Made by a program: the position numbers and the translations under genes | Shown: piece after piece, positions 50,436 through 60,375 of the stretch | How positions within the stretch are numbered: the first letter of the stretch is position 1 | How the letters are laid out: each line of letters starts with the position of its first letter | Source: Pseudomonadota bacterium | Lineage (GTDB): Bacteria > Bdellovibrionota_G > JALEGL01 > DATDPG01 | Direction of reading: 5' to 3' | NCBI GenBank assembly: GCA_043809315.1 | Contig: JAZDDX010000009.1 | Location: 1 to 64,000, forward strand | DNA: 64,000 nt | The notes under the pieces: model-generated | Told to the model about the DNA's origin: nothing | The model's input: the letters and a program-made list of their open reading frames with translations, nothing else | The model's database searches: none

Positions 50436-51155
50436 TTACTTTCTTTCTTCGGGACCGCGCAAGCGCGGAATCTCGAAGGTCCCTTCCGGGATCGGGGCGT
50501 TCGTCTCGACGCTCATCACCTCGATCTTTTCCACCGTGCGGCCGCCGACGGATACCTCGACGACCCCGGGATACCGGAGCGGAAACTTGGAGTTTCCGGC
50601 ATCGAATCGATAAATCCGGTCCCCCGACTCGGCCGACATCGGGACGAAATCCTGTTTCGAAAAAACGACCCGCGCCGATTTCGGATCGCCGATCTCGAGA
50701 CCGATCTTCTTTTCTTTCAACGTCCATCGGGTCTGCCCCAAATCGACTCCCGCCTGGCGGAGGAACGAGCTGAGCCGGCCAATGTCCGAATAGAGGTAGA
50801 GCCCTCCGAGAAAACCGAGCGTGTCGGTGATCGAGGCCGACTCGATCTTCCCCCCCCAGATGCGGACGGCGCGATCGCGCCCCACGATCAGGTCGAGCTT
50901 CCCGTTCGGGTAGGAAGCGCTCCGCCGGTACTCGCCGGTCCGGCGCATCCAGATCTCCTCGTCGACCGTCACGACGCCGTCCGGGAACTTGGCGTCGTAG
51001 AGTGTCGTCCTCTGGCGAACATGGACCGTCTTCACGCCGCTCCCCTTTTCGATCCAGTTCTTGAGAACGTAGGGGGATGGAAGAACGGTCGCAAGAGCCG
51101 GGAGGACGAAACTGGCCACCGAAAACAGAAGGATCGATCTCGCCAGCGGTCTCAT
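50436..51155 (-). CDS. Hypothetical periplasmic protein, possibly LolA-like fold
   Basis: Signal peptide ending ALA; EEIWMRRTGEYRR pattern; C-terminal NAPIPEGTFEIP; coupled to galU. Confidence 0.6.
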   Translation of the reverse strand: MRPLARSILLFSVASFVLPALATVLPSPYVLKNWIEKGSGVKTVHVRQRTTLYDAKFPDGVVTVDEEIWMRRTGEYRRSASYPNGKLDLIVGRDRAVRIWGGKIESASITDTLGFLGGLYLYSDIGRLSSFLRQAGVDLGQTRWTLKEKKIGLEIGDPKSARVVFSKQDFVPMSAESGDRIYRFDAGNSKFPLRYPGVVEVSVGGRTVEKIEVMSVETNAPIPEGTFEIPRLRGPEERK

Positions 51156-52018
51156 TTTAGCAGCGTTTTCAGAATCGGCCGGAGCTTCGCGGCCACGGTG
51201 GGGTTGTCGAATCCGTACAGGAGGTTCGCAGCGATGTACCCCTCACACCGGCCAGCGTCGATCCGCGTCCCCTCGAACGGGAGACCGATCAACCCTTTCT
51301 CCCTCGCGAGAACTGCCAGCGCGTCCGTGAGTTGAATTTCCCCGATCGCCCCGGGACGTAGCTTTTCAAGCGCAGGAAAGACGGCCGGATCGAGAACGTA
51401 CCGCCCGATCACCCCCCAGTTGCTGGGTGCCTGATCGACCGCGGGCTTTTCGACGATCTTCTCGACACGGAAAGCATTGAGTCCGACCTTTTTCCCCGGT
51501 TCGACGATTCCGTACGACCTCACTTCCTCCCGCGGGACATCTTCCACCGCGACGACGGAAAGTTTTTCATGATTGTAGACGTCGATCAGCTGTTTCAAAC
51601 AGGGGACCTTAGACCGGACCAGGTCGTCGGGAAGAACGACGGCGAACGGCTCCCCCTCGATCGCATCGCGCCCGCAGAGCACCGCATGACCGAGCCCCAG
51701 CGGCTCTTTCTGGTAGGCGATCGTGAACGAGACGCGTTTCAAAAGGCGGTGATGGATCGCCAGCCGATCGATCTGCCCCCGTTTTTTGAGGGCCTCTTCG
51801 AGATTTCCCCCGACGCGGAAATGCTCAGCGATGATCTGCTTGTCCGGGTGGATGACGAGGACGATCTCCTCGATTCCCGAGTCGGCCAGTTCCTCAACGA
51901 TGTATTCGAGAGCCGGCCGGTCGACGATCGGCAACAGTTCCTTCGGTACGACTTTCGTCGCCGGGAGAAAGCGGGTCCCGAGTCCGGCGGCCGGGATCAA
52001 CGCCTTTCGGATTCTCAT
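51152..52018 (-). CDS. galU: UTP--glucose-1-phosphate uridylyltransferase
   Basis: KALIPAAGLGTRFLPATK..PKELLP, EPLGLGHAV, VEKP and GEIQLTDA. Confidence 0.96.
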   Translation of the reverse strand: MRIRKALIPAAGLGTRFLPATKVVPKELLPIVDRPALEYIVEELADSGIEEIVLVIHPDKQIIAEHFRVGGNLEEALKKRGQIDRLAIHHRLLKRVSFTIAYQKEPLGLGHAVLCGRDAIEGEPFAVVLPDDLVRSKVPCLKQLIDVYNHEKLSVVAVEDVPREEVRSYGIVEPGKKVGLNAFRVEKIVEKPAVDQAPSNWGVIGRYVLDPAVFPALEKLRPGAIGEIQLTDALAVLAREKGLIGLPFEGTRIDAGRCEGYIAANLLYGFDNPTVAAKLRPILKTLLK

Positions 52019-52395
52019 CCGGCCATCCGGCGTTCCTGATCCTCCATGTCGGTCTTGCACTCGATGCACTGGGTGGTGACGGGGCGCGCTTTTAGACGTT
52101 CCGCACCGATCTGCTCCCCGCAGAGTTCACACGTGCCGAACGATCCGTCATCGATCCTCCTGAGCGCCTCGCGGATCTTCAAGATCAGTTTCCGCTCCCG
52201 GTCTTTGATCCGAAGGAGAAAATCGCGGTCCGCTTCCGCGGAGGCCTGGTCGGTCAAATCGGCATGAATCTCCTGAACCTCGGTCATCCCTTCAATCTGC
52301 TGGAGAGCCTCTTTGACCAGGATATCTTTCCAGTTGTTGAGAACCTGGCGGAACTCTTCCAGTTTCTTCTTCGACATCCCTGTTTTTTTACCCAT
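52015..52395 (-). CDS. dksA: RNA polymerase-binding transcription factor DksA
   Basis: DLTDQAS.E, RERKLI.KI..AL.RI and zinc finger CELC...RLKARP..CIEC; GGAGG RBS. Confidence 0.93.
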   Translation of the reverse strand: MGKKTGMSKKKLEEFRQVLNNWKDILVKEALQQIEGMTEVQEIHADLTDQASAEADRDFLLRIKDRERKLILKIREALRRIDDGSFGTCELCGEQIGAERLKARPVTTQCIECKTDMEDQERRMAG

Positions 52396-52516
52396 CTCCC
52401 ACCTCCCTTGGATCAGATATCCTTGGAATTTTAGCGCACCTTTATAAGGATTTGCACCCTTGAATACAACCCCTATTTCCCCCATGATCCCTGCCGTACA
52501 CAAGGAGGCAAAAGAT

Positions 52517-52981
52517 ATGTTGAAAGAAGGGGATAAAGCGCCCGATTTCTCTCTGCAGGACGATTCCGGCAAGGAGACCAAGCTCCGCGATCTCAAGGGG
52601 ACCAAGGTGGTTCTCTATTTCTACCCGAAGGATGACACCCCCGGATGCACGACCGAGGCATGCAACTTCCGTGACAACCTTCCGAAGTTCAAGAAGGTGA
52701 ACGCGGCGATCTACGGCGTCAGTCGCGATTCCGTCGAATCGCACAAGAAGTTCAAGACCAAGTATTCCCTCCCGTTCTCACTCCTCTCCGACCCGTCCGG
52801 TTCCCTGACCGAAGCGTACGGCGCCTGGGGGGAAAAGAACCTGTACGGGAACAAGACGATGGGGGTCATCCGCAGCACCGTCGTGATCAACGAAAACGGA
52901 ACGGTGGAGAAGATCTACCGGAACGTGAAAGCGGACGTCCACGCCGACGAACTGCTCGAGTACTTGAACTCCGCGAGTTAG
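52517..52981 (+). CDS. bcp: Thioredoxin-dependent peroxiredoxin Bcp/PrxQ
   Basis: AGGAGG RBS; YFYPKDDTPGCTTEAC. Confidence 0.95.
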   Translation: MLKEGDKAPDFSLQDDSGKETKLRDLKGTKVVLYFYPKDDTPGCTTEACNFRDNLPKFKKVNAAIYGVSRDSVESHKKFKTKYSLPFSLLSDPSGSLTEAYGAWGEKNLYGNKTMGVIRSTVVINENGTVEKIYRNVKADVHADELLEYLNSAS

Positions 52982-52984
52982 CGG

Positions 52985-53887
52985 CTACGCGCTCCCGCGG
53001 ACGGCGTGCGTCTCAGAGCCGACCGCGTCGATCGCGGCGTCGGAAACCTCGGAGGTCGCCACTTCGCTTCGACCCACGTGCTCCGGGAAGGGGATGATCG
53101 TGTTTTCCCTCGCGAGGCGCGCACCGTGGAGCGGCGCCACGGACCGGTACTGGTACGCCAGGTGCCTGATTTGCGTCATCGCCTCGGGGGTAATCCCCGA
53201 GAGACTGGTCATCTCCGAGACCCGCGTCCGCCGAACCCAGGTCAGTGAAGGAACGCCGATCGCGAAGAACCGCCGGACATCGGCCTCACTGACTTTGTCG
53301 CTCGATCGAACCGCCCGGTAGAACTCTACCAGGTTCCGCACCGCCAGCTGGTAGCCGCGGAAACGCAAATCGTACCGGTTCGCAAGTTTCGAGAAACCCT
53401 CCATCACTACCTCCCTCATTGCTTTCGATCCGGACGGATCACGTTCACCAAGCGCTAACAGGAGCAACGAACGGAAGAACGACAGCTCCTCGGCATGTTC
53501 CGCAAGCCCCACCTGCTCGACTCTCGGAAGAAGCGGGGTCACGATTAGTTCGCTGATTTCGATCAACTCGCGTGCATTCTCCCCGAGCGAGATCGCTTTT
53601 ATGTAGCGGGCGATCGGAGCCAGATTCTGGCGGATGATCTCAAGGAAGGTCTCCTGCATCTGCCGAATTCCGGGATCATCGCTCAACCCGTCGTTCACGT
53701 TGACGAGCATCTCCTGCGTGGCGGTCGTCCCGTCCAAATCGGCGGTCAGCACATCCTCCAACGCATCGTCGATCTCGGCCAGCAGATCGTCGGGTAAATT
53801 TTGCAATGAAAAATCGGTATTTTCGCTATCCGTGCGGACAAACGGATCGTCCAAGGCTACCTCCGGGGATGAGGAGAGGGAAGGCAT
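52985..53887 (-). CDS. Hypothetical protein with acidic N-terminus and C-terminal helix-hairpin-helix-like segment
   Basis: Asp/Glu-rich N-terminal region; FAIGVPSLTWVRRTRVSEMTSLSGITPEAMTQI resembles an HhH module. Confidence 0.6.
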   Translation of the reverse strand: MPSLSSSPEVALDDPFVRTDSENTDFSLQNLPDDLLAEIDDALEDVLTADLDGTTATQEMLVNVNDGLSDDPGIRQMQETFLEIIRQNLAPIARYIKAISLGENARELIEISELIVTPLLPRVEQVGLAEHAEELSFFRSLLLLALGERDPSGSKAMREVVMEGFSKLANRYDLRFRGYQLAVRNLVEFYRAVRSSDKVSEADVRRFFAIGVPSLTWVRRTRVSEMTSLSGITPEAMTQIRHLAYQYRSVAPLHGARLARENTIIPFPEHVGRSEVATSEVSDAAIDAVGSETHAVRGSA

Positions 53888-53998
53888 CTGAACACGTATG
53901 TAGTGAAGGGTAGTATATTGTAATCTATGGTCAAGAAAAAACGTGATCTCGCAGGGGGCCCCGGGGGGCCCAGATTGGCGCCTTGCGTTATTCCGTAA

Positions 53999-54550
53999 TC
54001 AGCGAAGAAACGACTTCGGTAGTCCCGAAAGAGCCGCTGATTTCAGTACGTCACCGACCACGAACGGAACGAAGCCGAGCATCACGGCTTGTCCAATTGA
54101 GAGATGTCCCCAAAGTGCGAGTTGGGCGACTCCCGGAATAAAGATGAGAAGCGAGACGGCGCACAATCGAGCGAACCGCCCGGCATAGTTGAACCGATTC
54201 CATCCCGAACGGACCCATCGATCGGTTCCCCATGCAGCCAGGACGAATCCGATCAGATACCCACCGGTCGGACCGAACAGCGCCGGAAGATTCGGAACGT
54301 TCGAGGCGAACATCGGAAGGCCGACGCCCCCCAGTAATAGATAGAGAATCTGAGCATACAGACCATCCCGACCGAGGATCACTCCGCCGGCGAGAACCAC
54401 CATCGTCTGAAGCGTCACCGGCACCGGGGTGAACGGAAGCGGGATCCGAACCCACGCCGCCGCACCGGTCAAAACCGCAAACAGCGAGATCCACGCGAAC
54501 CGAACGGCTGCGGAGTCCCGGACCTCAGCCTGGACAAGCGTCTTCTTCAT
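53999..54550 (-). CDS. bioY: Biotin transporter BioY
   Basis: IPLPFTPVPVTLQT, YLLLGGVGLPMFA, GPTGGYLIGF and PFVVGDVLK. Confidence 0.94.
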   Translation of the reverse strand: MKKTLVQAEVRDSAAVRFAWISLFAVLTGAAAWVRIPLPFTPVPVTLQTMVVLAGGVILGRDGLYAQILYLLLGGVGLPMFASNVPNLPALFGPTGGYLIGFVLAAWGTDRWVRSGWNRFNYAGRFARLCAVSLLIFIPGVAQLALWGHLSIGQAVMLGFVPFVVGDVLKSAALSGLPKSFLR

Positions 54551-54582
54551 GCCGCGTACGATGCCATAAACTCTCGGGATCG

Positions 54583-55443
54583 TCATATCTCTTGGTATTT
54601 CGGGTCCAAGATATCTCGCAAGGAGTCGCCGACGATGTTGAGGGCGAGGACGAGAAAGAACATCGCGCCGGTCGCGGCGGTGATCTGCCACCAGATCCCG
54701 CGCAGCAATTCCTCTCTCGCATCGGCGATCATGATCCCCCAGCTCGGTTCCCCCTGAACCCCGATCCCGAGATAACTCAGGATGACTTCCGATTTGATTG
54801 CGGAAACGAACCGGAGCGAGAAGTCGATGATCACGAGGTGAAACAGGTTCGGGAGAACATGCCGGAAGATCACGCGAAGATCCCCGGCTCCCAAAACCCG
54901 GGCCGCCGTCACGTAATCCTGCTCTCGATGTTTCAGGATTTCGCCACGGATCAGCCGGCAGATCCCTACCCACGAGGTGAGCCCGATCGCGACATAGACC
55001 GCCGTGATCCCCCTCCCCGCCACGAAGCTGATCGAGATCAAAAGGAGAATTTGCGGCACCGAAGCGACCGTCGTGTAGAGCCAAACCACCGTCGCATCGA
55101 CCCAACCGCCGAAATACCCGGCCAACGCCCCGAGCGTCGCACCGATCGGAATCGCGATGAGAGACGCGATGATCCCGACCGAGAAGGCGATCTGGATCCC
55201 GTGCACTGTTTTCGCCAGAACGTCCCTTCCTAAGAGATCGGTCCCGAACCAGAACTTCCCCCCCGGCGGGTCGTAACTCCCCCCGAGACGGGAAGCGTAA
55301 TCGAGCGGGAGCAGATGGGTCGCCGACATGAACCAGATCAAAGCGTAAAGTGCGATCACGCAGAGACAGGCAAACGCCATCCGGTCGGCCACGAGGCGGC
55401 GGAGCGCGAGACGGGCGGGGGAGTTGGCCGCAAAGAACTTCAT
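54583..55443 (-). CDS. oppC: Oligopeptide ABC transporter permease OppC/DppC
   Basis: FGTDLLGRD, EAA-like YVTAARVLGA, RHVLPN, LSYLGIG and PSWG. Confidence 0.9.
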   Translation of the reverse strand: MKFFAANSPARLALRRLVADRMAFACLCVIALYALIWFMSATHLLPLDYASRLGGSYDPPGGKFWFGTDLLGRDVLAKTVHGIQIAFSVGIIASLIAIPIGATLGALAGYFGGWVDATVVWLYTTVASVPQILLLISISFVAGRGITAVYVAIGLTSWVGICRLIRGEILKHREQDYVTAARVLGAGDLRVIFRHVLPNLFHLVIIDFSLRFVSAIKSEVILSYLGIGVQGEPSWGIMIADAREELLRGIWWQITAATGAMFFLVLALNIVGDSLRDILDPKYQEI

Positions 55444-56375
55444 CCCAACCTCACCCTCGGGTCGACCCAGGCGTACAAGATGTCGGAGACGAGGTTCCCC
55501 ACGATGTAGAGAACCGAACCGAGCACCACCATCGCCTGGATCACCGGCCAGTCGGCGTTGTTCAAGGCATCATAGAGAAGGTTCCCGAGCCCCGGGATCC
55601 CGAAGAAGTTCTCGAGAAGGAGGATTCCGAGGAAGAGAAACGGGATCTCGATCACGACCCTAGTGATGATCGGGACCAGGGCGTTCGGAAGGACGTGAAC
55701 CAAGAGGACGCGCGCCCGACTCGCCCCTTTCGCCGTCGCCGTCCGGACGTAATCCTTCCCCAGCTCCTCCAGAAATACCGTCCGGAAGAAGCGAGTGTCG
55801 TATCCGACCGAGACTACGACATAGATGATCCAAGGGAGAAGAAGGTACCGGATCCGGTCGGGAAATAGGCTTTCGTACCCGGAGATCGGGAAAAGGTTGA
55901 AGTGATACGCCAGGATGTACTGGCCGAAGAGGATGTAGGCGAGAAACGGAACGCTCATCCCGAAGACACAGGTCACGACCAAGAAGCGATCCAGGAACCG
56001 CCGATGCATCGCCGCCGAAAAAAGCGCCAGCAAGACCGAGAGAAAGACCGTGACCAGGAACGGAAGGGCGGTCAGAGACAGGGAAACCCCCGCGCCGTCG
56101 GCCAGCATCGTACCGATCGTCTGCTTCGTGTGAAACGACCGGTCGAAATCGAGTGTCACGATCTGTTTCACGAACCGGAGGAACTGGATCGGAAGCGGCC
56201 GGTCGAAGCCATACTCGTGCCGGAGCGCCTCCACTTCCTGCACCGTCGCATGTTTCCCGGCGAGCGCCAGGACCGGATCCCCCCCCGCGAAATGGAAGAT
56301 CACGAACGTGACCAGCGCCACCCCGAGGATAATCGGGACGGCGTGGACGATTCTTCGGAGAATGTAGGCGGTCAT
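55440..56375 (-). CDS. oppB: Oligopeptide ABC transporter permease OppB/DppB
   Basis: MTAYILRR, YGFDRP, DYVRTATAKG, FGIPGLG and DILYAWVDPR. Confidence 0.92.
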   Translation of the reverse strand: MTAYILRRIVHAVPIILGVALVTFVIFHFAGGDPVLALAGKHATVQEVEALRHEYGFDRPLPIQFLRFVKQIVTLDFDRSFHTKQTIGTMLADGAGVSLSLTALPFLVTVFLSVLLALFSAAMHRRFLDRFLVVTCVFGMSVPFLAYILFGQYILAYHFNLFPISGYESLFPDRIRYLLLPWIIYVVVSVGYDTRFFRTVFLEELGKDYVRTATAKGASRARVLLVHVLPNALVPIITRVVIEIPFLFLGILLLENFFGIPGLGNLLYDALNNADWPVIQAMVVLGSVLYIVGNLVSDILYAWVDPRVRLG

Positions 56376-58048
56376 TTTGCGATATCGAGGTACTCGAAGT
56401 TCCCCTGGGAGATGGGGTTCGGCTTGTAGTTTTTGAGCCACGGCTGGCGGATCCCGTATCCGATCAGGTGGGAGAAGAGGGCCATCGGCGTCTCTGCGTG
56501 GCCGATTTGCACCATCCGGGCGATCACCGCCAACCGCTCGGGGCCGTCGGGAAGATCCCGCATCCGTTCATAGAGCCGGTCGTACTCCGCGTTCTTGAAG
56601 TTCGTGCTGTTCGGACCCGGAGAGGCGTTCTTGCTGTAGAGGATCTGCAGCATGTTCTCCGGATCGGGATAGTCGGCCTGCCACCCCCCGGCCCAGAAAA
56701 ACTGCGCCTGCCGTTTTGCCAGACGTTCCTGAAGCTGCGGCCAAGTTTTCACGTTCATCTCGATCTTGAGCCCGATGGTCGCCAAATCCCGGATCAACGA
56801 CTCCACCATCTGGCGCGACGTCGTGCTGTTGATGAGCTCCAACTGGATCGTCGGGATCTCCCCCTTCCCTCCGAGCTCGTGATACCGCTCCGTCGCTTTC
56901 TTCATCAGCTCTTTGGCGCGCGCCGGGTTGAACCCGTTCGGATCTTTCACGTTCGGATCGAACCCGACGAATCCCGGAGGGATCAGCGAGTTCGCGATGA
57001 CCCCCCGGTTGTTATAGAAGAGCCGGATCATTGACTCCCGATCGATCGCGCAGCTGATCGCCTGCCGAAGGAACCGATTGCGCCCGAGAATCGGGTCGTC
57101 CAGGTTGAAGCCGAAGAAGAGCGTATTGACCCCGTCGGATCGCGTGACGGCCATCCCGCGCTTCCGGATCTCCTCTCGAACCTCCCCCTTGTCCGTGAAG
57201 ACCGCGTCGTACGACTCTTTCGGGATTCCGGCCAAATCGAGATTCCCCCGCATGAAGTTGAGCCAGCGCGGTTGGGATTCGGTGTAAATCCAGATCACGA
57301 CCGAATCGACGAACGGGATCGGTTTTCCGGCGGAGGATAAAAGTCCGGCCGCACGATCCTCCTCCGTCCCCTCCGACGGGTAGGTGTCGGGCCAGTGATT
57401 CCGGTTACGGACGAAGGTGATCTTCTGTCCCCGCCTCCACTCCTTCAAGCGGAACGGGCCGGTCCCGACCGCATGATTCAAGAACTCGGCTCCGTATTTC
57501 TCCACCACCTCTTTTGCGACGATCTTCGTCGCCGACATCGCAAGAACGTAGAGGAACTGCCGATACGGGCGGGTCAATTTCACGACGACCGTCGCGTCGT
57601 CGGGGGCGCTGATCCTTTCGATCCGTCCTTCGAAGACCCAGGTGTTGGGCCCTTGGAGCTTCGGATCGCGGAGCCTTTCCAGACTGTAGACGACATCGGA
57701 GGACCGAAGCGGGCGCGGTTTCCCCCCGAACACCGGGTCGTCGTGAAAGAAGACGCCGGGGCGAAGTTGGAAGGTGTAGGTCCGGCCGTCTTTCGAGATG
57801 CTCGGCATCGCGGCCGCAAGCTGCGGTTCGAGTTGATACGGACGTTTCAGGTAGCTGTACCGGAGAAGCCCCTCGTACACCTGGTGGACCGCGATCGACG
57901 TATATTCGTCGTTCTGCGTCGCCGGGTCGAACCCCTTGATGTCGGCACCGAAGGCGTAGTTGAGAATCTTCTCCCCGTCGGTTCGCGCTCCTTGCTTCGC
58001 GCAGGCGAAAAACGCGAGGCAGAGCAGAACCGCAGAGACTTTTCTCAT
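56372..58048 (-). CDS. oppA: Oligopeptide ABC transporter substrate-binding lipoprotein (family 5)
   Basis: Lipobox FFAC; FDPA, YEGLL, FQLRPGVFFHD, VGTGPF, LRQAIS.AIDR and WQADYPDP. Confidence 0.9.
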   Translation of the reverse strand: MRKVSAVLLCLAFFACAKQGARTDGEKILNYAFGADIKGFDPATQNDEYTSIAVHQVYEGLLRYSYLKRPYQLEPQLAAAMPSISKDGRTYTFQLRPGVFFHDDPVFGGKPRPLRSSDVVYSLERLRDPKLQGPNTWVFEGRIERISAPDDATVVVKLTRPYRQFLYVLAMSATKIVAKEVVEKYGAEFLNHAVGTGPFRLKEWRRGQKITFVRNRNHWPDTYPSEGTEEDRAAGLLSSAGKPIPFVDSVVIWIYTESQPRWLNFMRGNLDLAGIPKESYDAVFTDKGEVREEIRKRGMAVTRSDGVNTLFFGFNLDDPILGRNRFLRQAISCAIDRESMIRLFYNNRGVIANSLIPPGFVGFDPNVKDPNGFNPARAKELMKKATERYHELGGKGEIPTIQLELINSTTSRQMVESLIRDLATIGLKIEMNVKTWPQLQERLAKRQAQFFWAGGWQADYPDPENMLQILYSKNASPGPNSTNFKNAEYDRLYERMRDLPDGPERLAVIARMVQIGHAETPMALFSHLIGYGIRQPWLKNYKPNPISQGNFEYLDIAK

Positions 58049-58076
58049 CGTCGCAATCGTACTAGAGTGCGGGGCC

Positions 58077-58673
58077 GTGACAATCTTACCGAGATCCTTT
58101 TGTGTTGCGGCGTCCGTCGCCGCTCTCTTTCTCCCCGTTCCCATCGTTCGGGCCGAAACCGTCCGGCTCAAATCGGGGGAGCTTATCGAGGGGACCGTGC
58201 AAGACTTTCAGGAAAATATTCTGTCGATGGCCCAACCGGACGGCAAGATCCGGAAGATCGTCCGGGACGAGATCGTTCAGATCGAGTTCCAGAAACCGGC
58301 TCCTCCGCTGGTCACCTCCCCCCCGCCGGAGACCTTTCTCGACGCCCTTCCGAAGACCGTCTCCAAATTCCAGACCCCCAGGCAGACTTTCCTGACCTGG
58401 AGAAAAGCTGCGACAGCGGGGGATATCGACTCAATGGCCGATTGCTACTCGGCGATCCGGAAAAACGACGTCAAGAAGGAGCTCAAAAAATTGTCCCGCG
58501 ACCAGCGGGATCAGATGCGACAAGCGACGGCGACGACCGAATTCACGCCGGCCGAGCCGTTCTACCAAGGGGATCGGGCCGTCCTGGAAGTCACCTGGCG
58601 GGTCGGACTCCAAAGCGACAGCCAAATCCTTCAGTTCACGCTTGAAGGAAAAGACTGGAAAATCATTCAATAG
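58077..58673 (+). CDS. Hypothetical secreted protein
   Basis: Signal peptide ending VRA-ETVRLKSG..IEG; Pro-rich linker; C-terminal NTF2/DUF4878-like ending EGKDWKI. Confidence 0.65.
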   Translation: MTILPRSFCVAASVAALFLPVPIVRAETVRLKSGELIEGTVQDFQENILSMAQPDGKIRKIVRDEIVQIEFQKPAPPLVTSPPPETFLDALPKTVSKFQTPRQTFLTWRKAATAGDIDSMADCYSAIRKNDVKKELKKLSRDQRDQMRQATATTEFTPAEPFYQGDRAVLEVTWRVGLQSDSQILQFTLEGKDWKIIQ

Positions 58674-58698
58674 GCTGAATTTATTGTTCTTTATCAAC

Positions 58699-58718
58699 TA
58701 GACTGACATGTCGGTCTA
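58699..58718. promoter_or_regulatory. 20-bp palindrome TAGACTGACATGTCGGTCTA, candidate repressor operator
   Basis: 9 of 10 symmetric positions pair; lies in the intergenic region 55 nt upstream of the reductase operon. Confidence 0.6.
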
Positions 58719-58773
58719 ATTTCGGTCGCCTTCCCGAACGTTTTGGGCTAGGTTCCGGACTCCTTAAATCCCG

Positions 58774-60375
58774 ATGGAACGCTCGAACCTCGCATCCGCC
58801 CGTGCGACCGCGGACGGTTTTTCAGTCCACGAAACCTATAACGGCCGGCACCTCTTGATCGCCGGAGCCTCCGGCTTCCTGGGAAAGGTCTGGCTGTCGA
58901 TGGCGCTCGACCGCCTTCCCCAGATCGGCCGCATCTATGTGATGATGAGAAAGCGGGGGGTGAAATCGGCCCGCGCCCGGTTCGAAGAGATGCTTTCGAC
59001 CTCCTTTGTCTTCGAACCGCTCCACCGTAAACATGGAAGCTCCCTGAGCCGGTACCTTTCGGAACGTGTGGAGATCATCGAGGGGGACCTCACGAAACCG
59101 AATTTCGGAATGGCGACGGAAACCGCCAAACGGATCCGCGAGCGGGTCGACCTCCTGATCAACTGCGCCGGCCTCGTGGAGTTCAACCCCGACATCCGGG
59201 AGGCGCTCTCGACCAACCTCGACGGAACCGCCCACTTCCTCAAGTTCGCCGACGGATGCGATCACGCCGCCCTCCTCCACGTCAGCACCTGTTTCGTGGC
59301 AGGAACCCGCCAGGGGAAAATTTCCGAGACAATCGATCCCTTCACCTCCCCTTCGGGCAAAAAGTTCGACGTCGAAACGGAGTTGGCAAAGCTGCGGGAA
59401 CGGATCACCTCCATCGTGAACGACCCTCGGTTCAAAGAAATGGGAACGATCGAACGCCGTCGCGCGATCCGCGAGGCAATGATCGCAGAGGGAACCCGCC
59501 GCGCCGAAAAATGGGGGTGGCAGAATACCTACACCTACACGAAGGGGATGGCGGAGATGCTCCTCGCGCGCCGCCAGACCCGGCTTGCCTGGGCGACCTT
59601 CCGGCCGGCGATCGTCGAGAGCGCCGTTTCGTACCCGTTCCCCGGCTGGAACGAGGGGTTCAACACCTGCGGACCGCTCACCTACCTTCTCGGGACCTGG
59701 TTCCGCTACCTCCCCGCGAAGATCGGAAACCCGTTCGACATCGTTCCCGTCGATACCGTCGCCTCCGGAATGCTCTCCGTCGGCGCGGCTCTCCTGAATC
59801 GAACCCACGCCGAGGTCTATCAGTGTGGGACCTCCGATCTGAACCTCCTGACGATCGATCGCGCTTGCCGGCTCACCTCGTTGAGCCACCGTTTGCATTA
59901 CCGGCAGCATGGCAAGACGCTCGTGGAACGGCTGATCCGTTCCCACTGGAACGCGGTCACCGTCGCCGACAATCATCCGCTCACCGTTTCCTCACTCCGC
60001 ACCGTCTTCCGGGACTTAAACCAGCTCCTCGGGGAGATCTCCCGCTCCCCCCGCGCACCGAGACCGATCCGTGCCGCCAGCCGGAGTTTTTCGAAGATCT
60101 CCCAGAGAACCGACCGGAAGCTCGAGCAGATCAGCAATCTTCTCGAACTCTTCATGCCGTTCATTCACGACAACCATCACGTTTTTGAAACGCGGAATCT
60201 CAAGGAGCTGAAAGTGGAAGAGGAGTTCCGCTTCCAGCCGGAGACGCTCCCTTGGCGCGATTACTGGCTCAACATCCACATGCCGGGGCTCCGCCGCTGG
60301 TCGTTCCCGTTGATCGAGCGGAAACGGATCGAGTCGTTCACGCCTGAAACCCCCGTCCATCTCGAGGCTCTATGA
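58774..60375 (+). CDS. Fatty acyl-CoA reductase-like protein (NAD_binding_4 / male-sterility family; ElbD N-domain-like)
   Basis: IAGASGFLGKV, INCAGLVEF, HVSTCFVAG, WGWQNTYTYTKG (YxxxK), RPAIVESA..PFPGWNEG and C-terminal W..YW...HMPGL. Confidence 0.85.
   Translation: MERSNLASARATADGFSVHETYNGRHLLIAGASGFLGKVWLSMALDRLPQIGRIYVMMRKRGVKSARARFEEMLSTSFVFEPLHRKHGSSLSRYLSERVEIIEGDLTKPNFGMATETAKRIRERVDLLINCAGLVEFNPDIREALSTNLDGTAHFLKFADGCDHAALLHVSTCFVAGTRQGKISETIDPFTSPSGKKFDVETELAKLRERITSIVNDPRFKEMGTIERRRAIREAMIAEGTRRAEKWGWQNTYTYTKGMAEMLLARRQTRLAWATFRPAIVESAVSYPFPGWNEGFNTCGPLTYLLGTWFRYLPAKIGNPFDIVPVDTVASGMLSVGAALLNRTHAEVYQCGTSDLNLLTIDRACRLTSLSHRLHYRQHGKTLVERLIRSHWNAVTVADNHPLTVSSLRTVFRDLNQLLGEISRSPRAPRPIRAASRSFSKISQRTDRKLEQISNLLELFMPFIHDNHHVFETRNLKELKVEEEFRFQPETLPWRDYWLNIHMPGLRRWSFPLIERKRIESFTPETPVHLEAL

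Noticed and set aside
53950-53975. G/C-rich hairpin downstream of bioY as a terminator or small RNA
   Set aside because: The loop is very short and the T-run is about 14 nt away. No tRNA or ncRNA features are recognisable.
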